Counted from the first letter of the stretch, positions 35,631 through 44,580 are shown. The stretch is DNA of 45,379 nt from Mariprofundaceae bacterium (GCA_035576205.1 DATLWR010000084.1:1-45379); one strand, 5' to 3'. Notes: generated from the letters alone by a model not told the origin. A program made the numbers and translations.

Positions 35631-36983
35631 ATGCGAAAACAGATTCTCGCATGGCTGTTGCCGTGCATGTTGGTGGCTGCGCCGGTGGCGCAGGCTGCAT
35701 CCGTGGAAACCACGGACGAGCTGAAAACGCTGAAGGAGCAGGTCCGTCTGCTGCAGCAAAAGATCGATAAAATGGAAACCCGTTTGCAGGCCAGCGAGAA
35801 GCAACCGGCAGCTGCGGCACCGGCCGAGCCCGTCGTCCAGGCTGCCGAATCGGCGCAGCCGCAGAACACGACGCGTTCGGATGCCAATGTCTTTAACCCG
35901 CAGATCAGCATGGTGCTGAACGGTTCCTACCGCGCCTTCTCGCACAATCCGGCCACCTTTGCCGTACCCGGTTTTGCGCTGGGGGATTCGGCCGGGCTCG
36001 GCGACCGCGGATTCGGCATCAACGAATCGGAACTGAACTTTGCCGCCAATGTGGACAACCTGTTTTACGCCGACTCGACCCTGTCGCTGCCGCGCACCGG
36101 CGGCATCAACGTCGAGGAGGCCTATTTCCAGACGCTGGCGCTGCCGGCCGGGTTGACCGTAAAGGCCGGCCGTTTCTTCTCGGGTATCGGTTACATCAAC
36201 CAGTTCCATCCGCACCACGACGATTTCATCGACCGTTCGCTGGCCAACCGCGTCTTCCTGAACAGCACCTTTGCCGGTGACGGTATCCAGGTACGCTGGC
36301 TTGCCCCGACCGACACCTATTTCGAGCTGGGCAGCGAGTTGCTGCGTGGCGACCGCTATCCCGGCGGCGGTGCCGCCCTGCGGGGAGCCGGCTCGTGGGA
36401 CGTGTTCGCCCATGTCGGCGGCGATGTCGGTTTCAGCAACAGCTGGCGTGCCGGCCTCTCCTGGCTGAGCACGAAACCGCTGGGGCGCAGCAGCTTCGAC
36501 AATACCGGTGCGGTGACCGGCACCTTCGACGGCAACAGCCAGCTGCTCATCGGAGATCTGGTCTGGAAATGGGCTCCGAACGGCAACCCCTACGACACCA
36601 ACTTCAAGTTCCAGACCGAGCTGTTCCAGCAGCAGGAGAAGGGGATGTTCGCCAATGCCGGCAGCCCTGCCGCGAGCTACAGCGGCCGGCACTGGGGCGG
36701 TTATGCCGAGGCCGTTTACCAGTTCACGCACGGCTGGGATATCGGTATCCGCCACTCGGAGGTGTTTGCCAGGAATACGGGTGCGGCCGTGGTGCCGGGC
36801 AGCGTGCTCGATACGCTCGGTTTTCGTCCAAAGCGGACCAGCCTGGTGCTGGGCTATGCCAATAGCGAATTCAGCCGTTTTCGTTTGCAGTTCAGCCGCG
36901 ACCAGAGCCGGCCGGTCACCGACAACCAGGTGGCCCTGCAGTACCTGATGTTGATCGGCGCCCACGGTGCCCACCAGTTTTGA
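35631..36983 (+). CDS. Putative outer-membrane beta-barrel protein with N-terminal coiled coil
   Basis: 450 aa. GGAGGA RBS. Signal peptide MRKQILAWLLPCMLVAAPVAQA/AS. Heptad segment TDELKTLKEQVRLLQQKIDKMETRLQASEKQ. Long alternating beta-strand-like region that ends ...LMLIGAHGAHQF with a terminal Phe, typical of OM barrels. Confidence 0.7.
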   Translation: MRKQILAWLLPCMLVAAPVAQAASVETTDELKTLKEQVRLLQQKIDKMETRLQASEKQPAAAAPAEPVVQAAESAQPQNTTRSDANVFNPQISMVLNGSYRAFSHNPATFAVPGFALGDSAGLGDRGFGINESELNFAANVDNLFYADSTLSLPRTGGINVEEAYFQTLALPAGLTVKAGRFFSGIGYINQFHPHHDDFIDRSLANRVFLNSTFAGDGIQVRWLAPTDTYFELGSELLRGDRYPGGGAALRGAGSWDVFAHVGGDVGFSNSWRAGLSWLSTKPLGRSSFDNTGAVTGTFDGNSQLLIGDLVWKWAPNGNPYDTNFKFQTELFQQQEKGMFANAGSPAASYSGRHWGGYAEAVYQFTHGWDIGIRHSEVFARNTGAAVVPGSVLDTLGFRPKRTSLVLGYANSEFSRFRLQFSRDQSRPVTDNQVALQYLMLIGAHGAHQF

Positions 36984-36999
36984 GTCTCGGGAGTTATCT

Positions 37000-37911
37000 A
37001 TGAAATCATTGCTATCGTTTGGTTTTCTTTTGCTGGCCCTGCTGGCCAATACCGTTCCGGCCGAGGCGGCCCTGCGTGTTTTTGCCTGCGAGCCAGAGTG
37101 GGGTGCCCTGGTGAGTGAGCTGGGTGGTTCGGACGTCGATGTCTATACCGCCACCTCCGCCCTGCAGGATCCACACCATATCCAGGCTCGGCCGAGCCTG
37201 ATCGCCAGAATGCGGCGCAGCGATCTTGTCGTGGCAACAGGCGCCCAGCTGGAGATCGGCTGGCTGCCGGTGCTGCTCAGGCAGAGCGCCAATCCCGCCA
37301 TCCAGCCCAGCCAGCCTGGTTATTTCGAGGCGGCGGGCTTCGTGGCCATGCTGGAGGTTCCGACCTCCGTGGATCGCGTGCAGGGTGATGTGCATCCGGC
37401 GGGTAATCCCCATATCCAGACCGATGCGCGCAATATCCTGCGGGTGGCGGCAGCCCTGAACCAGCGCCTGCAGATGCTGGATCCGACGCATGCGCCGGAT
37501 TACCAGCAGCGCTATACCGATTTCGCCAACCGTTGGCAGGCGGCACTGCAGCGCTGGCAGCAGATGGCCGTGCCACTGCGCGGGGTGAAGCTGATCGCCT
37601 ATCACAAGGGCTGGGCCTACATGCTGAACTGGCTCGGCCTGCAGGAAGTGTCGACTATCGAACCGCTGCCCGGCGTGCCGGCCAGTGCCGCACATCTGAG
37701 CGAACTGCTGGCCAAACAGAAGATGCAGCCGGCCACGATGGTGATCTATGCCGCCTATCAGGATCCGCAGCCGTCGGAGTGGCTGGCGACACGAGCCGGC
37801 ATTCCGGCTGTGAAGCTGCCGTTTACCGTCGGCGGTACCGACCAGGCGGGTGATTTGTTCGGTCTTTACGACGACACCATCCACCGCCTGCTGCAGGCGT
37901 CAGGCCACTGA
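37000..37911 (+). CDS. Zn/Mn-family (ZnuA/TroA-like) metal ABC transporter substrate-binding protein
   Basis: ORF 36967..37911. ATG 37000 follows a GGGAG RBS and gives the signal peptide MKSLLSFGFLLLALLANTVPAEA. Motifs CEPEWGALV, DPHHIQARPS and GDVHPAGNPHIQTD are typical of cluster A-I metal SBPs. I do not see the long His-rich loop of classical ZnuA. Confidence 0.8.
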   Translation: MKSLLSFGFLLLALLANTVPAEAALRVFACEPEWGALVSELGGSDVDVYTATSALQDPHHIQARPSLIARMRRSDLVVATGAQLEIGWLPVLLRQSANPAIQPSQPGYFEAAGFVAMLEVPTSVDRVQGDVHPAGNPHIQTDARNILRVAAALNQRLQMLDPTHAPDYQQRYTDFANRWQAALQRWQQMAVPLRGVKLIAYHKGWAYMLNWLGLQEVSTIEPLPGVPASAAHLSELLAKQKMQPATMVIYAAYQDPQPSEWLATRAGIPAVKLPFTVGGTDQAGDLFGLYDDTIHRLLQASGH

Positions 37912-38684
37912 TGGAACAGGACCTCGGCATCCTCTGGCCCGCCTTTCTGGCGGGCCTTCTGGTGCTCTCCACGCACGTACCGCTGGGTCAGGTCGTGCTG
38001 AAGCGGGGCATCATCTTCATCGATATCGCTGTGGCGCAGATCGCCGGCATGGGGGTCATCGCCGCCGAATATTTCGGCTGGCAGGCCGATGGCTGGACCG
38101 TGCAGATCGCTGCCGGTTTGTCCGCCCTGATCGGAGCACTGCTGTTCAACCTGTGCGAGAAATACTGGCCGGAGATCCTCGAAGCGCTGATCGGTATTGC
38201 TTTTGTTCTGGCCTCCAGCGGCAGTATCCTGCTCCTGGCGGGTAACCCGCATGGTGGCGAGCATCTGAAGGATCTGCTGGTCGGCCAGATTCTCTGGGTT
38301 GGCAGCGATGCATTGAAGCACACGGCACTGCTCTATGCCGGCATCCTGCTTGGCTGGTTCCTGCTGCGGCGCAGGATCGGCCGTATCGGCTTCTACCTGC
38401 TGTTTGCCCTGGCGATTACGGCTTCCGTGCAGCTGGTCGGCGTCTATCTGGTCTTCACCAGCCTGATTGTGCCGGCGCTGGCCGTGCGCAGTTGCCGGGA
38501 GAGTTGGCGGTTGCCACTGGCTTACGGCATCGGCATTGCGGGTTATATGGGCGGCTTGCTGCTGTCGTTTTTCTACGACCTGCCCACCGGCGCGATCACG
38601 GTCTGGAGTCTGGCGGTGGCGGGGAGCCTGGTCATGTTGCTGGTATCCTGGCTGAACCGGCGGAGGCTGACGCAACAGGTCTAG
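37911..38684 (+). CDS. Metal ABC transporter permease (ZnuB-like)
   Basis: 257 aa with about 8 hydrophobic segments. GIIFIDIAVAQIAGMG is typical of the ABC-3 family. The ATG overlaps the SBP stop by 1 nt (TGATG). Confidence 0.8.
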   Translation: MEQDLGILWPAFLAGLLVLSTHVPLGQVVLKRGIIFIDIAVAQIAGMGVIAAEYFGWQADGWTVQIAAGLSALIGALLFNLCEKYWPEILEALIGIAFVLASSGSILLLAGNPHGGEHLKDLLVGQILWVGSDALKHTALLYAGILLGWFLLRRRIGRIGFYLLFALAITASVQLVGVYLVFTSLIVPALAVRSCRESWRLPLAYGIGIAGYMGGLLLSFFYDLPTGAITVWSLAVAGSLVMLLVSWLNRRRLTQQV

Positions 38685-38698
38685 GAGTTATTGCCGGG

Positions 38699-40381
38699 CT
38701 AAGGCGTTTCTGCCGTGACATGGTATTTCTGCTCGCCGGTGGGCACGAACCAGTGTTCGCTGTTCCAGCCGATGCCGGCCGGTGCCGGCTCGATGCCGTG
38801 GATGCGCTTGTGGAACACCGGCAGCGAGTAGGGGGCATAAAGGAAGACGATAGGTACGTCGTTGTAGATCTCCTGCTGCACGATGTCGTACAGCCGCTTG
38901 CGTTCGGCGGTATCGAAAGTGCGGCGGGCATCGACCAGTGCCTTGTCTACCTTCGGATTGCTGTAGGAGAGGAAGTTGAACTCGCGCGGGCCGGTCTGCG
39001 ACGAATGCCAGATGTTGTACTGGTCGGGCTCGGGAGAGAGCGACCAGCCGAGGATGACGGCATCGAAATCACGCTTGTTGATGAAGTTCTCGATGAAGGC
39101 GGACCACTCCACCAGCCGTATCCTGACGTCGATGCCGACTTCCTTGAGTCGCTGCTGCATGATGATGGCGGCATCGGCGCGTTGCTTGTTGCCGTTGTTG
39201 GTTAAAATCGTGAACGACAGCGGCTTGCCGTCCTTGTCGAGGATGCCGTCGCCGTCCGTATCTGACCAACCGTCCTCTTTGAGGAGTTCCTTCGCTATTT
39301 CAGGATTATAGACGCGTGGCTTCAAGTTCTTGTTGACCCACTGCGTGCCCGGTTTGTAGGGGCTGGCGATCACCTCGCCGAGCCCGAGAAGCACGCCGTC
39401 GACCAGCTCCTGGCGATTGATGGCGTAGGCGATGGCTTCCCGTACCCTGGGGTCGGTGAACGGCGCGCGCTTGAGGTTGAAACCGAGATAGGTGTAGACG
39501 AAATCGAGGTATTTGTAGCGTCGGTAGTTGTTTTTCAGCTCCGGCTTCATGTCGAACAGGCGTGTGTATTGCAGCGGAGACAGCCCCATCGAATCCAGCC
39601 GGCCGGCGGAGAGTTCGAGGAACTGGGTGGCCGGGTCGGGAATGATGCGGGTCAGGCGTTCGGCGATCCATACCGGGCCATCGAAATAGTCGCGGTTGGC
39701 GCGCATCAGGATCGATTGCTGCGACTGCCAGTCGGCCAGGAAATAGGGGCCGATGGTCGCTTTCGGATGACGTGACAAATCCGTGTGCATGACGTCCTCA
39801 TGCTCGAAGACGTGCTTGGGCAGAATGGCCAGCGAGGCCCACGAGGAGAGGGCGGGAGAGAATGGCTCGTCATAGTGCACGGTGAAGGTGTAGGTATCCG
39901 GCGCTTCGGCCCGTTTGACCATGGCGTAATCGGCCTTGTAGGCACTCTGCGTATGGTCGTCCTGGATCAGCCGCAGCGTGAACAGGCAATCGGCCGAGGT
40001 GAAGGGTTGGCCATCACTCCATTTCAGGCCGTGCCGGATATGGAAAGTGATACTGAGGTTGTCCTTGGAAACCTCCCAGCTTTCAGCCAGCTGTCCGACC
40101 AGCTTCAGGTTGCGGTCGTATTTCAGCAACGGCAGGTACATCTGGCCGGCAATGGCATGGCTTGCCGCATCGCCGGCAATCATCGGGATCAGATTGCTGG
40201 CATCGCCGATGCTGGCATCAACCAGCCGGTCGCCGAAGGCCGGTACGGCGTTGATCGCAGCGGAATCCTGCGGTGTTTCAGTCTGTTGTTGATTGCCGGT
40301 CGGCGAGGAGCAACTCGCCAGCAGCAGCAACAGGGCAATGAAACTGCGTTTCAGATGGGGCGAATGCGCGCAAGAATCCAC
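38699..40381 (-). CDS. ABC transporter substrate-binding lipoprotein, family 5 (peptide/nickel/opine type)
   Basis: 560 aa, GTG start. Lipobox LLLLASCSS. Family-5 SBP body (GDASNLIPMIAGDAASHAIAGQMYLPLLKYD, LKWSDGQPFTSADCLFT). Overlaps the upstream mltD-like gene by 31 nt. Confidence 0.85.
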   Translation of the reverse strand: MDSCAHSPHLKRSFIALLLLLASCSSPTGNQQQTETPQDSAAINAVPAFGDRLVDASIGDASNLIPMIAGDAASHAIAGQMYLPLLKYDRNLKLVGQLAESWEVSKDNLSITFHIRHGLKWSDGQPFTSADCLFTLRLIQDDHTQSAYKADYAMVKRAEAPDTYTFTVHYDEPFSPALSSWASLAILPKHVFEHEDVMHTDLSRHPKATIGPYFLADWQSQQSILMRANRDYFDGPVWIAERLTRIIPDPATQFLELSAGRLDSMGLSPLQYTRLFDMKPELKNNYRRYKYLDFVYTYLGFNLKRAPFTDPRVREAIAYAINRQELVDGVLLGLGEVIASPYKPGTQWVNKNLKPRVYNPEIAKELLKEDGWSDTDGDGILDKDGKPLSFTILTNNGNKQRADAAIIMQQRLKEVGIDVRIRLVEWSAFIENFINKRDFDAVILGWSLSPEPDQYNIWHSSQTGPREFNFLSYSNPKVDKALVDARRTFDTAERKRLYDIVQQEIYNDVPIVFLYAPYSLPVFHKRIHGIEPAPAGIGWNSEHWFVPTGEQKYHVTAETP

Positions 40382-41643
40382 AGGCGGTCCCCGGGGCGTA
40401 AAGTCGCATCGGTCGACATCTCATTGGAGCGTGCGATGGCCTGTGGCGTGGTGCCGAAGCGTTCGGCGATTTTCCAGAGCGAGTCGCCGCTACGCACCTT
40501 GTACTGGATGCGCCGGCCTTGCGACAGCAGCGGATTCGGTGTGGCGATAGCCTGGGCGAGAGCATTGGCCGGAACCTTCAGGGGCTGGCCGACGTGCAGT
40601 ACCTTCGAAATACCCGGATTCAGGCGTCTCAGATAGGCCACGTCAATGTGGTGGCGTCGGGCGATCGTCCACAGCGAGTCGCCATCCCGTACCGTGGTGC
40701 TGACAAACTGCGGGCCACATGTCTCCTGGGCGGAAATCACCGATGCGGCCTTGTCATCCGGGACATGGATGGTGACCGGTTCATTGAGGTACTGGGCGTG
40801 ATTGAGGCCGGGATTGAAGCGGAAAAACTCCTCGACACCGAGGTCGCTGACGCTGGCCAGCTGCTTCAGGTCAATGGGGGACTCGACCGTGATTGCCCGG
40901 GTTGGCAATGGATCGGGAAAGCAGAGCACACCCATGTGCAACAGTGCCGCCAGTCCGATGATGTCGCGGACATAGTCGCGCGTCACCGCCGGCACGGGCA
41001 TCTGGTCGAGACCGTCGGCCGGCTGCCAGGGCGTTTTCTGCAGGCGCCTGGCTACAGCGTTCGGACCGTAATTGTAGGCAGCAAGCGCCAGCGGCCAGTT
41101 GCCGAAGCGATCGTGCAGCGACTGCAGGTAGCGGACGGCCGCCTCGGAGCTGGACTCCACGTGACGCCGGCCATCGATGTCGGAGGATTTCCGGATCCCC
41201 AGGAAATGGGCGGTTGTCGGCATCAGTTGCCACAGTCCCATGGCGCCGGCATGGGAGAGCGCATACGGGTTGTAACCCGATTCGACGATCGGAACCGCTT
41301 CGAGGGACTGAGGGGCCTGCAATTGCGCCAGTTCGGCCAGCATGCGATAGCGGACATAGCGGGACTTGCCGGAAATATACGGCCAGTATTTCAGGTAGTT
41401 CTGTTTGGCCTGCGCCTGGGCCTTGGCAAGGTCGTCCGGCAACAGACCGTCCAGCAACGGGTCGGGCTGGTTGATTCGCAGGGACTGTTGTTCTGTTCCG
41501 TTCCCGAGGCTGGCTGTTTGCGAGGAGTCCTTCGCGGCAGGCTTGTCGCTTTCGGTTTGTTTCACGACAGGCGCACAGCCGGCTGCAAGCATCAGCGCGC
41601 AGAGATAGGCGGTCATCCGACCTGTCGGGGTGCCGAAAACCAT
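40351..41643 (-). CDS. mltD: Membrane-bound lytic murein transglycosylase D-like lipoprotein with LysM repeats
   Basis: Track ORF opens with TTG 41649. ATG 41643 gives MVFGTPTGRMTAYLCALMLAAGC (lipobox). SLT catalytic region VPIVESGYNPYALSHAGAMGLWQLMPTTA. Two C-terminal LysM repeats (VRDGDSLWTIARRHHIDVAYLRRLNP and VRSGDSLWKIAERFGTTPQAIARSN). Confidence 0.85.
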   Translation of the reverse strand: MVFGTPTGRMTAYLCALMLAAGCAPVVKQTESDKPAAKDSSQTASLGNGTEQQSLRINQPDPLLDGLLPDDLAKAQAQAKQNYLKYWPYISGKSRYVRYRMLAELAQLQAPQSLEAVPIVESGYNPYALSHAGAMGLWQLMPTTAHFLGIRKSSDIDGRRHVESSSEAAVRYLQSLHDRFGNWPLALAAYNYGPNAVARRLQKTPWQPADGLDQMPVPAVTRDYVRDIIGLAALLHMGVLCFPDPLPTRAITVESPIDLKQLASVSDLGVEEFFRFNPGLNHAQYLNEPVTIHVPDDKAASVISAQETCGPQFVSTTVRDGDSLWTIARRHHIDVAYLRRLNPGISKVLHVGQPLKVPANALAQAIATPNPLLSQGRRIQYKVRSGDSLWKIAERFGTTPQAIARSNEMSTDATLRPGDRLWILARIRPI

Positions 41644-41768
41644 GCGCAAATCCTAGCGGGCAGCCCGCGACGGTAAAGAGTTTCCTTGTATTGCATGGAA
41701 ATCTTGCCTTTTTTCTCGCCAGACCTATCGTTCATACGAGTAGATTTTCCCGGGGGGCAATCGACAGG

Positions 41769-43979
41769 ATGTTACTGAAACAGCAGCGGGAGCTGGTCCA
41801 GACAGGGGTCGTCACCGAGGCGCAGCTGTCGGAGGCGCTGGAGTCCCCGGAGGCCAAGAAATCCGGCCTGTTATTTGCCCTGCTGCAAACGCCCGGTGTC
41901 GATGAGAAGGTGCTGCTGCAGACATTGGCCCGGACCTACAAGGTTCCTTACCTCGACCTGAGCAATTTCAAACCCGATCCGAAACTGCTGGATGTTTGTT
42001 CCGAAGCGCTCTGTCTCGAGTACGGTTTTGTGCCGATCGATTCGCATGACGGCAATCTGGTGATCGCGATGGGCGATCCGCTCAACTACACCGCACTGGA
42101 TGCCCTGCGTTTCAAGCTTGGCCGCCAAATCCGCCCGATCTTCGCCCGCCCCGACCTGATCCAGCGCAAGGTCAGGGAATATTACCAGGGGGAGGAGAGC
42201 TTCGATGCCGCCATGAGCGAGCTGGAAGGTGGCGGTGGTGGCTTCGATGTGGAAGCGGTCAGCCATGAACAGGAAACGGCCAACCTGGATGAGTTGCGGA
42301 AAGGGGCCGAGGACTCGCCCATCATCAAGCTGGTCAACGGTGTGGTCGTCAAGGCCCTCAAGAGCGGCAGTTCCGATATCCATATCGAGCCGGGCGAACA
42401 GCACAGTGTCGTCCGTCTGCGCGTCGATGGCCGTCTCAGGCCGTCGCTGAAATTCCCCAGCAATGTCCATTCGCTGGTTGCCTCGCGCATCAAGATCATG
42501 GCGAAGCTCGATATCTCCAATACGCGCACACCGCAGGACGGGCGCGCCAGGGTGCGCATGTGGGACAAGAACTACGACATGCGTATCTCCACGCTGCCGG
42601 CGATGTACGGCGAAAAGGTGGTGATCCGCATCCTCGACAAGAGTGGCCTGTCGCTGAAGCTCGAGGCTCTGGGTTTCGAGAAAACGGCCGATGCACGGGT
42701 CCGTGAATGCATTACCCGGCCGACGGGCGCCGTGCTGGTCACCGGGCCGACTGGCAGCGGCAAGACCACGACGCTCTATTCGTTCCTGCACCATATCAAT
42801 GATCCGGAAACCAACATGATCACCGTGGAGGATCCGGTCGAGTTCCAGATCAAGGGCATCAACCAGGTGCAGATCAATCCCAAGGCCGGTATGACCTTCG
42901 CCGCCGCGCTGCGTTCGATCCTGCGCCAGGATCCGGATGTCGTGATGGTCGGCGAAATTCGCGACGAGGAGACGGCGGAGATCGCCCTGCACGCCGCGCA
43001 GACCGGCCATCTGGTGCTTTCCACACTGCATACCAACGATGCGCCGTCGACGGTGACGCGCCTGCGTGAGATGGGGATCGATTCGACGCTCTTGGCCTCG
43101 TCGCTGAATCTGATCGTCGCCCAGCGGCTGGTGCGCCGTTTGTGTCCGTCCTGCAAGGTGGAGGACGAACTCGATGCGGAGACCATCGAGCGCTTCGATG
43201 TCCCCGAGGGCGTGACGCTCTACAAGCCGAAGGGGTGCGAGCGTTGCATGAATGTCGGCTACCGTGGGCGTATCGGCGTGCATGAGGTACTCTATATCAA
43301 CGACCGTTTGCGGGAGATGGTCGCGCGCAGCGTATCCGACCGCGATCTGCTGCTGGCAGCCCGCGAGGAGGGGATGTTCACGCTGTTCGAGGATGGCTTC
43401 GCCAAGGCACTGAAGGGTCTGACCAGTCTGAAGGAGGTGCTGCGCATGGCGACACCTCCTGAGGATTTTCATTTGCGCGACCGGCTGGACGAGGAGGGGA
43501 ACCTGCTATCGCTCGGTGGTTCCTTGCGTCGCCGTGAGCAGGAGCGGCGACAGGTCAGCCAGTCGACCGGTGAAAGGACCATTCTGGTCGTGGATGATTC
43601 GAGCAGTGTGCGACAAGTGGTGAAGTTCGTGCTGGCTGCGGAGGGCTTCCAGATCCTGCAGGCCGAGGACGGCCAGCAGGCCTGGGACATGATCCAGCGT
43701 ACCAAACCGGATATGGTGATCTCCGATTTCGACATGCCGAACATGTCGGGCCCCGAGCTGATCCAGCGTATCCGGCAGCAGGGGGCGTTCAACGATATGC
43801 CGGTGATGTTGCTGACCTCGCATAAGGAAGAGGAAGCCGAGGTACTTGGACTTGAAACCGGCGCGGATGATTATATCGGAAAACCGGTCGAACCATTGAA
43901 ACTGCAGGCCAGAGTGAAGAAGATGCTGGCAATGTACGATCGGATTCGCGTCGCTTCACAGGGGGATTTGAATGGCTGA
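41769..43979 (+). CDS. PilB/GspE-family secretion ATPase fused to a C-terminal CheY-like receiver domain
   Basis: Track ORF opens with TTG 41691. The first ATG at 41769 gives 736 aa. N-terminal T2SSE_N-like domain (LVQTGVVTEAQLSEAL...YGFVPIDSHDGNLVIAMGDPLN). ATPase core with Walker A GPTGSGKTTT, MVGEIRDEETA and QTGHLVLSTLHTNDA. Tetracysteine CPSC...CERC. A linker, then a receiver domain from 43575 (ILVVDDSS, MVISDFDMPNMSG, LLTS, YIGKP). One continuous frame with no stop or frameshift. Confidence 0.85.
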   Translation: MLLKQQRELVQTGVVTEAQLSEALESPEAKKSGLLFALLQTPGVDEKVLLQTLARTYKVPYLDLSNFKPDPKLLDVCSEALCLEYGFVPIDSHDGNLVIAMGDPLNYTALDALRFKLGRQIRPIFARPDLIQRKVREYYQGEESFDAAMSELEGGGGGFDVEAVSHEQETANLDELRKGAEDSPIIKLVNGVVVKALKSGSSDIHIEPGEQHSVVRLRVDGRLRPSLKFPSNVHSLVASRIKIMAKLDISNTRTPQDGRARVRMWDKNYDMRISTLPAMYGEKVVIRILDKSGLSLKLEALGFEKTADARVRECITRPTGAVLVTGPTGSGKTTTLYSFLHHINDPETNMITVEDPVEFQIKGINQVQINPKAGMTFAAALRSILRQDPDVVMVGEIRDEETAEIALHAAQTGHLVLSTLHTNDAPSTVTRLREMGIDSTLLASSLNLIVAQRLVRRLCPSCKVEDELDAETIERFDVPEGVTLYKPKGCERCMNVGYRGRIGVHEVLYINDRLREMVARSVSDRDLLLAAREEGMFTLFEDGFAKALKGLTSLKEVLRMATPPEDFHLRDRLDEEGNLLSLGGSLRRREQERRQVSQSTGERTILVVDDSSSVRQVVKFVLAAEGFQILQAEDGQQAWDMIQRTKPDMVISDFDMPNMSGPELIQRIRQQGAFNDMPVMLLTSHKEEEAEVLGLETGADDYIGKPVEPLKLQARVKKMLAMYDRIRVASQGDLNG

Positions 43980-44490
43980 AGAAACCCGCAGCGCCAACGA
44001 AAACGCCGCTGTTGCCACGCCGGAAGAGATCAAAGGCGATATTGCGCAGGAACTTGCGGCAAGGCTCGAGGATGTGTTGCTGACGGACATCGGCGGCAAG
44101 GAACTGCTTGTCAGGGTGGCGGAAACACGCGAGGTGATCCGCCCCCTGCCGCTGACGCCGGTGCCAATGGGGCCCGATCATCTGCTTGGATTGGCCAACG
44201 TGCGCGGCCAGATCGTGTGCGTCATCGATCCCGGCAAGATCAGCAGCCTGCCGGACGTGAATCGCGAGATCACGCCACAAACCCGGTTTGTGGTGCTTCG
44301 GCATCCGCGCATGCACGTCGGCATCTGGGTCGATGCGGTCAGGGCTATCTATCAGGTGCGCAGCGATGATCTGCCGCAGCCGGCGGCAAGGGAAAGCGGG
44401 GCGGCACGGACCAAGGATTACAGCAGCGGCACACTCGAGGTGGGAGGGCGCTCCTACGAGGTGCTGGATTGCTCGGTGATTTTCCATTGA
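43972..44490 (+). CDS. cheW: CheW-like chemotaxis coupling protein
   Basis: 172 aa. CheW-domain pattern ELLVRVAETREVIRPLPLTPVPMGPDHLLGLANVRGQIVCVIDPGKI ... FVVLRHPRMHVGIWVDAVRAIYQV. The ATG overlaps the end of the ATPase-REC gene by 8 nt. Confidence 0.8.
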   Translation: MAEETRSANENAAVATPEEIKGDIAQELAARLEDVLLTDIGGKELLVRVAETREVIRPLPLTPVPMGPDHLLGLANVRGQIVCVIDPGKISSLPDVNREITPQTRFVVLRHPRMHVGIWVDAVRAIYQVRSDDLPQPAARESGAARTKDYSSGTLEVGGRSYEVLDCSVIFH

Positions 44491-44580
44491 GCGGCAGCCG
44501 TATGCTGCTTGCATTGCGCAAGAGCAGCGGACAATATTTTGATCGATCGGCAGTGACGGTCGTAAAGGGGAGAAAAGACA

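Noticed and set aside
33001-38698. Calling the + strand block a mobile genomic island.
   Set aside because: I see no integrase, transposase or recombinase, no flanking tRNA, no direct or inverted terminal repeats, and no obvious compositional break. I report it only as an interrupting gene block.
41769-41860. Possible MshEN-type c-di-GMP binding motif at the N-terminus of the PilB-REC protein (LVQTGVVTEAQLSEALES).
   Set aside because: Only the generic hydrophobic LVxxGVVxxxxLxxxL spacing shared by most T2SSE_N domains is present. The RLG start and terminal Q of the motif, as I recall it, are absent (KQQRE... and ...ESP). Only a proper motif scan or binding assay could revive this idea.
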